DNA of 47,498 nucleotides from a virus (Duplodnaviria; Heunggongvirae; Uroviricota; Caudoviricetes): IMG/VR virus record IMGVR_UViG_2660238269_000006; one strand, 5' to 3'. Shown piece by piece: positions 46,827 to 47,498 of this stretch (position 1 is its first letter; each line of letters starts with the position of its first letter). The notes under the pieces were generated by a model. It saw only the letters and a program-made list of their open reading frames with translations, ran no database searches and was not told where the DNA came from. The position numbers and the translations under genes were made by a program.

Positions 46827-47498
46827 ATGATTATTAAAAACCTGAAGCACTATACCCCTGAAAAACCTGATGTGCCGGGTGCGATGTACCTGAAATCAGA
46901 GGATGGTCAGGACTGGTATGAGTGTCAGTCGTTATTTTCAGCGGAGACGCTGAAGCTGGTTTATGACAGTAACGGTATAATCACCAGCATAAGTAAGGAT
47001 GTCTCTATGCTGTGGCCGGTAAACCAGAGTGTGGCAGAGGTTACAGATACGGAAGAAAACCGCAAAGCTGACATCTCGGGGCGCTGGGGTTTTGACGGGG
47101 AGAAAATCACGGACCTGCTGACCGCGGAGAAAGCGCGAGGGATGAAGGGCGATGAAATTAACGCCTGGCGTAATGCGATGGAAGCGGCGAACTACACGTT
47201 TGAGCACAATGGGCGTAAATGGGACTACGGGAAGTCAACGCAGACGCGTCTTGAGCCATCGGTGGCGGCGGCGAAAGCGGGGAAACTTCCGGAGGCGTTT
47301 TTCTGGACGGATGCGGAAAACAATGATGTGCCGGTGACAGCAGAAGAGCTTATTGCGCTGAGTGAAGCGGCAGAGCAGGCGATGTTCACCAAAGGGATGG
47401 AAATCCACGTTCGCCAGCGCACCATGAAGAAAGAGCTGGAAAAGCTGACCAGTGCGGATGAGATACTGGCATACAGGGTTGGCTGGGCACAGGAATAA
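46827..47498 (+). CDS. Tail fibre assembly protein (Tfa-like)
   Basis: MIIKNLKHYTPEKP...DWYECQSLFSAETLKLVYDSNGIITSISKDVSMLWP parallels the TfaE/TfaQ family; stop at the last 3 nt of the window. Confidence 0.65.
   Translation: MIIKNLKHYTPEKPDVPGAMYLKSEDGQDWYECQSLFSAETLKLVYDSNGIITSISKDVSMLWPVNQSVAEVTDTEENRKADISGRWGFDGEKITDLLTAEKARGMKGDEINAWRNAMEAANYTFEHNGRKWDYGKSTQTRLEPSVAAAKAGKLPEAFFWTDAENNDVPVTAEELIALSEAAEQAMFTKGMEIHVRQRTMKKELEKLTSADEILAYRVGWAQE

Noticed and set aside
1-47498. CRISPR arrays, rRNA genes or IS elements
   Set aside because: No regularly spaced direct repeats with unique spacers, no rRNA-like sequence, and no transposase ORF with flanking inverted repeats were seen.

Overview
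The whole window is one lambdoid prophage, from an integrase at the left edge to a tail-fibre assembly gene at the right edge, with no attachment sites visible inside it. It is a mosaic: a Rac/Qin-like early region, a Stx-phage-like late control region, and a lambda-like cos, terminase, head and tail module. Gene order is int/xis, a large exonuclease, Rha, HigBA, a CI-like repressor and Cro-like switch, YdaT-like, replication O/P-like genes, a nin-like region (Ea22 paralogs, DUF551, ParDE, DUF968, RusA), Q, late promoter and terminator, DNA methyltransferase, three tRNAs, a cargo slot, NanS-p-like esterase, lysis genes, cosN, Nu1 through J, hok, stf and tfa. No stx genes are present. The slot between the tRNAs and the esterase, where Stx phages carry stxAB, instead holds terminator-bounded small genes I cannot assign to any family, plus a TerB-like protein and a small membrane protein; this is the best candidate for an undescribed system. 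Other points of interest are three toxin-antitoxin modules (HigBA, ParDE, Hok), an operator-like inverted repeat shared between the higBA promoter and the immunity switch, a tandem repeat element inserted between tail genes I and J, and an extra gene between holin and endolysin. Three genes (int, I, stf) each carry an apparent 1-nt frameshift at a 4-nt G/C run, which may be sequencing error or real decay. All family assignments are from reading the translations against remembered protein families; no database search was run.
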